Origin: Mobula hypostoma
Lineage: Eukaryota
Direction: 5' to 3'
DNA length: 64,000 nt
Assembly: GCF_963921235.1 (NCBI RefSeq)
Contig: NC_086102.1
Coordinates: 44,020,001-44,084,000 of the forward strand
Under the pieces are notes generated by a model. It was not told the origin of the DNA. It was given only the letters and a program-made list of their open reading frames with translations, and did no database searches. Each line of letters opens with the position of its first letter. Position 1 is the first letter of the stretch. Shown here piece by piece: positions 49,838 to 60,454 of the stretch. The translations under genes were made by a program, and so were the position numbers.

Positions 49838-51544
49838 CCCCCAACCAATACATAACTCTACTCTCCCCCCATACCCCTCCTCACAGCCCCCCACCCTGCT
49901 CTCATGACTACACCCCTTCCCCACATGAAACCACCACGGTGGGCTTCACAGCTGAACAGGTGAGAAGACAATTGAAACGTATCCATCCAAGCAAGGCTAC
50001 AGGCCTGGATGGTGTCAGCACCAGGGTGCTCAAAGCCTGTGCTCCCCAGCCATGTGGAGTACTCCACCATGTCTTCAACCTGAGCCTGAGTCTCCAGAGG
50101 GTTCCTGTGCTGTGGAAGACGTCCTGCCTCGTCCCTGTGCCGAAGACGCCCTGCCTCGTCCCTGTGCCGAAGACGCCGCGTCCCAGTGGCTTCAATGACT
50201 ACAGACCGGTAGCATTGACATCCCACATCATGAAGACCCTGGAGAGGCTTGTTCTAGAGCAGCTCCATCCTGTGGTTAGACCACACTTAGATCCCCTCCA
50301 GTTCGCCTACCAGCCCCGACTAGGAGTTGAGGATGCTATCGTTTCCCTGCTGAATCGTGTCTATGTCCACCTGGACAAGCCAGTGAGCACTGTGAGGGTC
50401 ATGTTTTTTGACTTCTCCAGTGCGTTCAACACCATCCGCCCTGCTCTGCTGGGGGAGAAGCTGACAGCAATGCAGGTGGATGCTTCCCTGGTATCATGGA
50501 TTCTTGATTACCTGACTGGCAGACCACAGTACATGTGCTTGCAACACTGTGTATCCGACAGAGTGATCAGCAGCACTGGGGCTCCACAGGGGACTGTCTT
50601 GTCTCCATTTCTCTTCACCATTTGCACCTCAGACTTCAACTACTACACAGAGTCTTGCCATCTTCAGAAGTTTTCTGATGACTCTGCCATAGTTGGATGA
50701 ATCAGCAAGGGAGATGAGGCTGAGTACAAGGCTACGGTGGGAAACTTGTGTCAGCAGAATTATCTGCAGCTTAATGTGAAAAAGACTAAGGAGCTGGTGG
50801 TGGACCTGAGGAGGGCTAAGGCACCGGTGAGCCCTGTTTCCATCCAGGGGGTCAGTGTGGACATGGTGGAGGATTACAAATACCTGGGAATAAGAATTGA
50901 CAATAAACTGGACTGGTCAAAGAACCCTGAGGCAGTCTACAAGAAGGGTCAGAGCCGTCTCTATTTCCTGAGGAGACTGAGGTCCTTTACCATCTGTCAG
51001 ATGATGCTGTGGATGTTCTACGGGTCTGTGGTGGCCAGTGCGATCAGGTTTGCAGTTGTGTGCTGGGGCAGCAGGCTGAGGGTAGCAGACACCAACAGAA
51101 TCAACAAACTCATTCATAAGACCAGTGATGTTGTGGGGACGGAACTGGACTCTCTGACGGTGGTGTCTGAAAAGAGGATGTTGTCCAAGTTGCCTGCCAT
51201 CTTGGACAATGTCTCTCATCCACTACATAATGTACTGGTTGGGCACAGGAGTACATTCAGCCAGAGACTCATTCCACCGAGATGCAACACTGAGCGTCAT
51301 AGGAAGTCATTCCTGCCTGTGGCTATCAAACTATACAACTCCTTCCTTGGAGGTCAGACACCCTGAGCCAATAGGCTGGTCCTGGACTTATTTCCATCTG
51401 GCATAACTTACATATTATTATTTAATTATTTATGGTTTTATATTGCTATATTTATACTCTACTCTTGGTTGGTGCAACTGTAATGAAACCCAATTTCCCT
51501 CGGGATCAATAAAGTATGTCTATTTGTCTATCTATCTGTCTATG
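49838..51544 (+). mobile_element. 5'-truncated Rex1/Babar LINE, nearly intact RT, inserted into a CR1
   Basis: DYRPVALTS, FFDFSSAFNTI, GAPQGTVLSP and KFSDDS motifs. One nonsense codon at 50698-50700 splits the ORF. (TATC)n tail. Confidence 0.92.
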
Positions 51545-52600
51545 AAACAAAGAGTAGGGATTAATGGGTCTTTTTCAGAATGGCAAGCAGTGACTAGTGG
51601 GGTACTGCAAGGCTTGGTGCTGGGACCGCAGCTATTTACAATATACATTAATGATTTAGATGAAGGAATTAAAAGCAACATTAGCAAATTTGCAGATGAC
51701 ACAAAGCTAGGTGGCAGTATGAAATGTGAGGAGGATGTTATGAGAATGCAGGGTGACTTGGACAGGTTGGGTGAGTGGGCAGATGCAGTTTAATGTGCAT
51801 AAATGTGAGGTTATCCACTTTGGTGGCAAGAACAGGAAGGCAGATTACTATCTGAATGGTGTCAAGTTAGGAAAAGGGGAAGTACAACGAGATCTAGGTG
51901 TCCTTCTTCATCAGTCACTGAAAGTAAGCATGCAGATACAGCAGGCAGTGAAGAAACCTAATGGCATGTTGGCCTTCATAAGAAGGGGAGTTGACTATAG
52001 GAGCAAAGAGGTCCTTCTAAAGTTGTACAGGGCCCTCGTGAGGCCACACCTGGAGTATTGTGTACAGTTTTGGTCTCCAAATTTGAAGAAGGACATTCTA
52101 GCTACTGAGGGAGTGCAGCATAGGTTCACGAGGTTAATTCCCGTGATGTTGGGACTGTAATATGTTGAAAGATTGGGGCGACTGGGTTTGTATACACTGG
52201 AATTTAGAAGGATGAGAGGGTATCTGATTGAAACATATAAGATTCTTAAGGGATTGGACACAATAGAGGCAGGAAACATGTTCCCAATGTTGGGGGAGTC
52301 CAGAACCAGAGGCCACAGTTTAAGAATAAGGGGTAGACCATTTAGAACGGAGTTGAGGAAAAACTTCTTCACACAGAGGGTTGTGGTTCTGTGGAATGCT
52401 CTGCCTCAGAAGGCAGTGGAGGCCAATTCTCTGGATTCTTTCCAGAAAGAGTTAGATAGAGCTCTTAAAGATAGTGGAGTCAAGGGATATGGGGAGAAGG
52501 CAGGAAAAGTGTACTGATTGAGGATGATCAGCCATGATCACAGTGAATGGTGGTGCTGGCTTGAAGGGCTGAATGGCCTACTCCTGCACCTATTGTCTAT
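51545..52600 (+). mobile_element. CR1 LINE RT/3' portion (5' part at about 49756-49837)
   Basis: The flanks rejoin as WIENWLADR|KQRVGING. Contains KFADDTKL and RPHLEYCVQFWSP. Confidence 0.9.
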
Positions 52601-52848
52601 ATCATGAGTCATTATTGTTTAATTGGACCAAAATCTCACATAGTAAATACGAAAACACAATTTTCAGGCTATGTTGAGGGTATTTCCCTCATTGTCTTGA
52701 GTTTGGAGATATTTTCTTTCAAAGCCTGTGAGTTCTATTTCTTCTTTCCATATCACAAATATTCCTGCAAGTTCCCAGTCATCTAATGTTTTTTGTGGGG
52801 ATATGTGGGCAGTGGAGTGAGCCAAAATGGTAAAATGTAAAAATATAC

Positions 52849-52878
52849 CATTGAGAACATCATCCTCTGGAATAAAGT
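52849..52878 (-). CDS. Candidate 30-nt stalk microexon of gene A
   Basis: Strong acceptor (ctatttc, T-run, aacag|AC) and donor G|GTATAT. Phase 1-1, reads (D)FIPEDDVLN. Confidence 0.35.
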
Positions 52879-53780
52879 CTGTTAAAAAAAAAGAAATAGA
52901 ATCATTAATTATTTAGAAATAAACTTACAGTAATAAGTATTTGACAGGTTTGATCATTGCCAGGATTTTCATTTCAGCACTGAATTCACCAGCTTTTACT
53001 CCTTGTGTTAGAACTGGCCAATTCTGATGTGCAGGCATCTGCCTCAACTCCACTTATATCTCTCAGCAGATGCAGCTTGGTCTGCTGGGTCTTTTAACGA
53101 TGCAGATTTCCACACAAGATGTCCTTTGCCTCCAAAAGACCCAGCACAGTATTTTGCTTCCTATTCTTTCTCTCCTTATTTTCCATCGTTCTCCCATTAT
53201 TAAACCACTCAGAAAGCATTGAATGACTTGCATACCCTTGGTCTCTACTATTTCACGGATGTTCTCTCTACCCACCCCTACTCTCAGATTTAAAACATAC
53301 TTGTCTTCCAACTTCTCTGGTTCTCTCTACAGATTGCAACCTGGCCTACTGAGCATTTCTGGCATTTTCTGTTACTACGTGGATTTCATTATTGTGGTAA
53401 ATGCAGGAGAGTTTGATACTGCATGTTCACACTAACAGTCTTAAGCTAATCTTTCAAACAAAAATAAAACTACAAGCTAGATAATTGATATTGGACACAA
53501 GACCAACTATAGTTTTGAAGAAAGAACAAATGCAGTTTCAGCTGGATAATAATGCAGCTCAGGAGTATCTCTACCACTTAGGTCATACTCAATTGAACTT
53601 GTAAATTCGACAGTCACTAGGTGAAAATCCCCACTAACTGCACAATCGGAGTCCCTTCACGAGAAGGTTCAGACTGCCTCAACATAACCTTCTCATGAGC
53701 ACTTAAAGGACGGGTAACCATTGCCGATCTTTCTGGAAACCCATATCCTGATTTTGATAAACAACACCGAAAGATCAGAT

Positions 53781-56700
53781 TAGAAACATAGAAAACCTAC
53801 AGTACAGTACAGGTCCTTCAGCTCACAGTGCTGTGCCGAACATGTACTTACTTTAGAAATTACCTAGGCTTACCCATAGCCCTCTATTTTTCTAAGCTCC
53901 ATGTACCCATCCAGGAGTCTCTTAAAAGACCCTATTGTATCTGCCTCCACCACAGTCGCCAGGTACCCATTCCATGCACTCACCACAATCTGTGTAAATA
54001 ACTTACCACTGACATCCCTTCTGTACCTACTTCCAAGCACCTTAAAATTGTGCCTTCTCTATTAGTATTTTCAGCCCAGGGAAACAGCCTCTGACTATCC
54101 ACACGATCAATGCCTCTCATCATCTTATACACCTCTATCAGGACACCTCTCATCCTCTGTCGTTCCAAGGAGAAAAGGTAAGTTCACTCAACCAATTCTT
54201 GTAAGGCATGCTCCCCAGTCCAGGCAATATCCTTGTAAATCTCCTCTGCACCCTTTCTATAGTTTCCACATCCTTCCTGTAGTGAGGTGACCAGAATTGA
54301 GTGCAGTACTCCAAGTGGGATCTGAGCAGGGTCCTATATAGCTGTAGCATTACCTCTCGGATCTTGAACTTAATCCCACGGTTGATGAAGGCCTATACAC
54401 TGTATGTCTTCATAACCACAAAGACAACCTGTGCAACAGCTTTGAGTGTCCTATGGACTGGGAACCCAAGATCCCTCTAATCCTCCACACAGCCAAGAGT
54501 TTTACTGTTAATACTATATTCTGCCATCAGATTTGACCTACCAAAATTAACCACCTCACAATTATCTGGGTTGAGCTCCATCTGCTACTTCTCAGCCCAG
54601 TTTTGCATCCTATCGACATCCTATTGTAAACTCTTGACAGCTGTCCACACTGTCCACAACACCCCCAACCTTTGTATCATCTGCAAATTTACTAACCCAT
54701 CCCTCCACTTCCTCATCCAGGTCATTTACAAAAATCACAAAGAGAAGGGGTCCCAGAACAGATCCCTGAGGCACACCACTGGTCACCAGCCTCCATACAG
54801 AATATGATCCATCTACAACCACTTTGCCTTCTGCGGGCAAGCCAATTCTGGATCCACAAAGCAAGGTCCCTTTGGATCCCATACCTCCTTCCTTTCTCCA
54901 TAAGCCTTGCATGGGGTACCTTATCAAATGCCCTGTTGAAATCCATATACACTACATCTACTGCTCTACCTTCATCAATGTGTTTAGTCACATCCTCAAA
55001 AAATTCAAAAAGACTTGTAAGGCACGACCTACCTTTGACAAAGCCATGCTGACTATTCCTAATCATATTCTGCCCCTCCAAATGTTCATAAAACCTGCCT
55101 CTCAGGATCTTCTCCATCAACTTACCAACCACTGAAGTAAGACTCACTGGTCTATAATTTCCTGAGCTATCCCTACTCCCTTTCTTGAATAAGGGAACAA
55201 GATCTGCAACCCTCCAATCCTCCGGAACCTCTCCCATCCCCATGATGATGCAAAGATCATTGCAATCTCCTCCCTCGCCTCCCACAGTAACCTAGGGTAT
55301 ATCTCATCCGGTCCCAGTGACTTAGCCAACCTGATGCTTTCCAAAAGCTCCAGCACATCCTCTTTCTTACTATCTATATGCTCAAGCTTTTCAGTTCACT
55401 GTAAGTCATCCCTACAATTGCCAATGTCTTTTTCCATAGTGAATACTGAAGCAAAAATACCTCCGTTACCTCCTCCGGATCTATACACACTTTTTCACTG
55501 TCACATTTGAGTGGTCCTATTCTTTCACTTCTTATCCTCTTGCTCTTTACATACTTGTAGGATGCCTTGGGGTTTTCCTTAATCCTGCCCGCCAAGGCCT
55601 TCTCATGGACCCTTCTGGCTCTCCTAATTTCATTCTTAAGCTCCATCATGACAGCCTTATAATTGTCTAGATCTCTATCATTACCTAGTTTTCTGAACCT
55701 TCCGTAAGCTTTTCCTTTCTTCTTGACTAGATTTTCTACAGCCTTTGTACACTATGGTTCCTATACCCTACCATTTTTACCCTGTCTCATTGGAACGTAC
55801 CTATGCAGAATGCCATGCAAATATCCACTGAACATTTGCCACATTTCTGCCGTACATTTCCCTAATAACATCTGTTCCCAATTTATGCTTCCACGTTCCT
55901 GCCTGAGAGCTTCATATTTCCCTTTACTCCAATTAAACGTTGTCCTAACTTGTCTGCTCCTATCCCTCTCCAATGTTATGGTAAAGCAGAGAGAATTGTA
56001 ATCACTATCTCAGAAATGCTCTCCCACTGAGAGACCTGACACCTGACCAGGTTCATTTCCCAATAACAGATCAGACAGCCTCTCCTCTTGTAGGCTTATC
56101 TACATATTGTATCAGGAAACCTTCCTGAAGACACCTAACGAACTCCACCCCATCTAAACCCCTTGCTCTAGGGAGATGTCAATCAATATTTGGGAAATTG
56201 AAAATTCCCACCACAACAACCTTGTTATTATTACACCTTTCCAGAATCTGCTTCCCTATCTGCTCCTTGATGTCCCTGTTACTATTGGTTGGTCTATAAG
56301 AAAACACCCAGTAGAGTTATTGACTCTTTCCTGTTTCTAACTTCCACCCACAGTGACTCAGTGGACAGTCCCTTCATGACTTCCTCCTTTTCTGAGGCTG
56401 TAACACTATCTCTGATCAACAGTGCAACGCACCCACTTCTTTTGCCTCCCCCCCCCGTTCTTTTGAAACATCTAAAGTCTGGCCCCCTAAGTAGCCATTC
56501 CTGCCCCTGAGTCATCCAAGTCTCTGAAATGGCCACAACATTATAGCTCCAAATACTGATCCACGCTCTAAGTTCATCTGCTCTGTTCATGATACTCCTT
56601 GCATTAAAATACACATCTCAAACCATCAGTCTGAGTGCATCCCTTCTCTATCACCTGCCTATCTTCCCTCTCACACTGCCTACAAGCTTTCTCTATTTGT

Positions 56701-57505
56701 GAGCCAACCACCCCTTCCTCTGTCTCTTCAGTTCGGTTCCCACCCTCCAGCAAATCTAGTTTAAACCCTCCCCAATAGCCTTAGCAAACCTCCCTGCTTG
56801 GATATTAGTCCCCCTCGGATTCAAGTGTAACCCATCCTTATTGTGCAGATCATGCCTGTCCCAAAAGAGGTCCCAAAGCTACAGAAATCCGAATCCCTGC
56901 CCCTTGCTCCAATCCCTCAGCACCTGAGAGGCAAATTACCATCCGTGTTTCTCGCCTGCATCCACAGAATCGTCTGTCTGACCCCCTAACTATACAGTTC
57001 CCTGTCACTGCTGTCATTCTCTTCCTTTCCCTACCCTTCTGAGCCACAGGGTCAGACTCTGTGCCAGAGGCGCGGCCACTATTGCTTCCCCCAGGTAGGT
57101 ACCCCCCCCCCAACTGTACTCAGACAGGGGTACTTATTGTCAAGGGGGTGCAGCCACAGGGGTACTCTATAGTACCTGACTCTTACCCTTCCCTCTCCCA
57201 ACTGTTACCCGCTTATCTGTCTCCCGAGTCCCCCGTGTGACTACTTGCCTATAGCTCCTCTCTATCACCTCCTCACTCAGACGAAAGTCATCGAACTGCA
57301 TCTCCAGTTCCCTAACCCGGTCCCTAAGGAGCTGCAGCTCAACACACCTGGGGCACATCTGGGGCAGGGAGCCTCCCGGGCATCTCACATTCGATACCGA
57401 GAACAGAACACCAGCCTCGCAGACATACTTCCCGTTTCTGTACTACACAAGTAACTTACCTCGCCTCGACCCGTTATTCCCGAAGCCCGGGTGAGCCAAA
57501 GCTCT
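53781..57505 (-). mobile_element. Long CR1 LINE (ORF1 zinc finger/esterase remnant, APE, RT, 3' end), degraded
   Basis: [55 protein letters not shown] and [10 protein letters not shown] motifs, with a (CATAGAAA) tail. Confidence 0.92.
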
Positions 57506-57969
57506 CCTACTCTGGCACCCGTTCTATTAAGCTATTAGATTTGAAACTATTTCATAAACTTACCAGCCAGAAAAGATTCTGCAGATGCTGGAAATATTGA
57601 TCAACAGCACAGAAATTAAGGGAGGAATTTGGCAAATTCAAGTTTGCCAGAGCAGTTGGGGAGGATTTAAACTCATTTGGCAGGGATAATGAGAACCGGA
57701 GGGATCGGGATGAAAATGGGGCAGTTGGTATACAAGTCGATGCAGTGTGTAATAAGAATGCGAGGAAGGACAGGCAAATGATAGGGCAAAATTACAGTCA
57801 GTGGGTGAGTTGCCGTATAACAGGGAAGCAAAATCAGAAAATGTGACCAATAGAGGGCACAGCCGAAGGATGTTGGCCCAAAACGTCCACTGTACTTTTT
57901 TCCATAGATACTGCCTGGCCAGCTGAGTTCCTCCAGCTTTTTGCATCTGTTGCTCGGGTTTCCGGCATC

Positions 57970-58390
57970 TGCAGATGAGGGTTAACTTATGAGGAGCGTT
58001 TGATGGCTCTGGCCCTGTACTTGCCGGAGTTTAGAAGAGGGGCGGGGGTGCGGTGGGGATCTCATTGAAATTAAATGAATATCGAAAGATTTAGACAGAG
58101 TGGATGTGGAATGGATGTTTCCTAAGGTGGGTGTGTCTAGGACCAAAGGCCACAGCCTCAAAATAGAGGGTCGTCCATTTAGAACGGAGATGAGGAGGAA
58201 TTTCTTTAGCCAGTGGGTGGTGAATCTGTGAAGGCCAAGTCAAGATTATATTTAAAGAAGTTCTTGATTAGTCAGGGCGTCAAAAGTAATGGGGAAAAGA
58301 CAGGATGAATGGGGCTGAGAGGATAATAAATCAGCCACGATGTAATGGCGGAACAGACTCGATGGCGTTAATTCTGCCTCTATGTTTTAT
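57970..58390 (+). mobile_element. CR1 3' end fragment
   Basis: GHSLKIEGRPFRTEMRRNFFSQ motif. Confidence 0.75.
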
Positions 58391-58701
58391 GGTCCTAAGT
58401 CAGGCGGGATCTATGGAAAGGAATGAACAGTCAACTCTTCGCGCCGAGACGCTGCATCGGGACTGCAAAGGATGGGAGCATTTATGTGTTGATCATAGAC
58501 TCTTGGTTATAAGCAAGTATCACGAGGGTCGGGGACTCGGGAACGATAGAAATTAGGAGACTGGCAGCTGTGATATCTGGAAAGAAAGGAGGTCATGCCT
58601 AGTTTACAATGTGCCCTCTCGTGCTTGAAGGTAATAAAATACTAGTCTGATATGTGATTTACAAAAATTATATGGAGCTTTTAGTCGCCATTCTACCCTA
58701 C

Positions 58702-59052
58702 CTGCAACCACAACAGTCAGCTGAGTTCCGAAGCCCTGAATATTCTTGGAGAACGAAATGATAGCGTTGCAATAATATGTCCCGCTGTCTGCAAACTCAA
58801 GGTTATTAATCGTCAAGGTGCTATTGAAACTTGAAGAATTAGTTCCAAACACACTGATGCGACCATCTCCACTCTTGGTGCTGATGTTTCTCGCGTACAA
58901 ATCACCAGAGATCTCTTTAGTAAAATGCCAATAAAAGCTGCCGTTTACCAACTCTCCCTTGTCTTGTAAAGTACAGCTGAAGGAGGCAGAATCCCCTACC
59001 AGCAGCCGGAGCGATCGGGGAGTTTGCTGCAAATCCAGTCCGGTGGCAGCAC
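58702..59052 (-). CDS. Gene A exon 2: single-exon VJ-type IgV domain, NKp30/NCR3- or CD28H-like
   Basis: AATGLDLQQTPRSLRLLVGDSASFSCTL...FYWHF...GRIS...STLTINNLEFADSGTYYCNAIISFSKNIQGFGTQLTVVVA, with both Cys, the Trp, DSGTYYC and GxGTxLTV. Acceptor tgtgatag|GT and donor G|GTAGGG, phase 1-1. Confidence 0.93.
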
Positions 59053-59157
59053 CTATCACAATACAGGTCGTTAAAGTTGCAAGTAGCAAACAGCAAACAT
59101 AATAATTACACATTAAGTGTGAACAATTGTGTGTCGCTTTGAATCTATTATACTTAC

Positions 59158-59188
59158 AGATTGCTACCAGGACCAGAATGGTGATCAT
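59158..59188 (-). CDS. Gene A exon 1: signal peptide
   Basis: MITILVLVAI, then consensus donor T|GTAAGT in phase 1. A 105-nt intron joins it as MITILVLVAICAATG-LDLQQTP. Confidence 0.82.
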
Positions 59189-59344
59189 AATTTTTCTTCG
59201 AAAAGGCTGAAGCTCAAGAATAACTGTTCCAAACAAATGGCTTCCATTGTCAGTTCTCGTTTCATCATTTCCTTTTTAAAGCAATGTGACTGGTCATCAT
59301 CTTCTCTGCCGGATAATTTGAATTATGTAGTAATATCGATTTTT

Positions 59345-59620
59345 CTCAATACAAGAGGACATGGCTTTAAGGTAAGGGGTGGGAAGTTCAACGGGGATAT
59401 TAGAGGAAGGTTTTTTACTCAGAGAGTGGTTGGGGCGTGGAATGCACTGCCTGAGTCAGTGGTGGAGGCAGATACACTAGTGAAGTTTAAGAGACTACTA
59501 GACAGGTATACGGAGGAATTTAAGGTGGGGGCTTATATGGGAGGCAGGGTTTAAGGGTCGGCACAACATTGTGGGCCGAAGGGCCTGTACCGTACTGTAC
59601 TATTCTATGTTCTATGTTTT
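59345..59620 (+). mobile_element. CR1 3' end fragment
   Basis: TRGHGFKVRGGKFNGDIRGRFFTQRVVGAWNALP and a TTCTATG tail. Confidence 0.85.
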
Positions 59621-60454
59621 ATCTCTAGTTCATCGTCACAGCAACCGGTTTCCGGGACAGACCACGCTCTTAGGTGCCATGCACAGGTCACTGAAGGGGA
59701 GCGCAACAATCCAGCCCGTGACAGAGTCTGCACATCCTACAGGGCATTATAGAGCAACAAATGAATTGCAGGACAACCTTGGGGAGTCCAGCTTCACCTG
59801 TGGGGTGGGAGCTGTTGGTGCTTCTGGTGGAACCCCTGTATCAGTATACAGAGCCAAGGTAGTCGGTATAAAGAAGAACAAGGGAGTGGCGAGCCAGGCA
59901 GATGAGAGTGGTGGACGGGGGAAGGATAAAGGATAAAAGATTAAGCCAAGTATAGAGAAAATAGGATGGAGTTAGCAGACAAAGCCAGGTGAGGGATGAC
60001 AAAAAAGGAAGATGCTGAAAGGAGGGAGAGATGGAGTGAAAAAGGACGCAGCTTCTGCAGAGAAATAACCAGGAACTCTATATCTGGTCACAACATACTG
60101 ATGCAGCTATAAAGAAAGCAAGACAGCGGCTATGTTTCTTCAGGAGCTTGCGATTTGGTTTATTACCTTTGGTCACCTAAAGCACTCGAAAACTTCTACA
60201 GATGCATCTCGGAGAGCATTCAGACTGAATGCATCACCGTCCGGTATGGGGGTGGGGGGCGGCTACTGCACAGGATCGAAGTAAGCTGCGGAGGGTTGTA
60301 AAATTAGACAGCTTCATCATGGGCACTAGCCTCCATAGTCTCCAATACATGTTCGAGGAGCGGTGCCTCACAAAGGTGGCATCCATCATTAGGGACCGCG
60401 TCACCTAGGACATACCCTCTTCTCATTGTTATTATCGGGAAGGAGGTACGGAAG

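Noticed and set aside
53823-53860. CACAGTG heptamers (also near 56350) as V(D)J recombination signals
   Set aside because: They sit inside CR1 sequence, have no nonamer at 12/23 spacing, and are not next to V exons.
20283-59052. One large V-V-C gene joining the 58.7-kb and 23.6-kb V exons
   Set aside because: The phases allow it, but each V has its own leader exon, and a TM exon and CpG promoter lie between them.
58604-59236. 210-aa ORF as a single intronless CDS
   Set aside because: The frame is open through the 105-nt intron, but a consensus donor and acceptor give a cleaner leader-V splice. Intron retention cannot be excluded.
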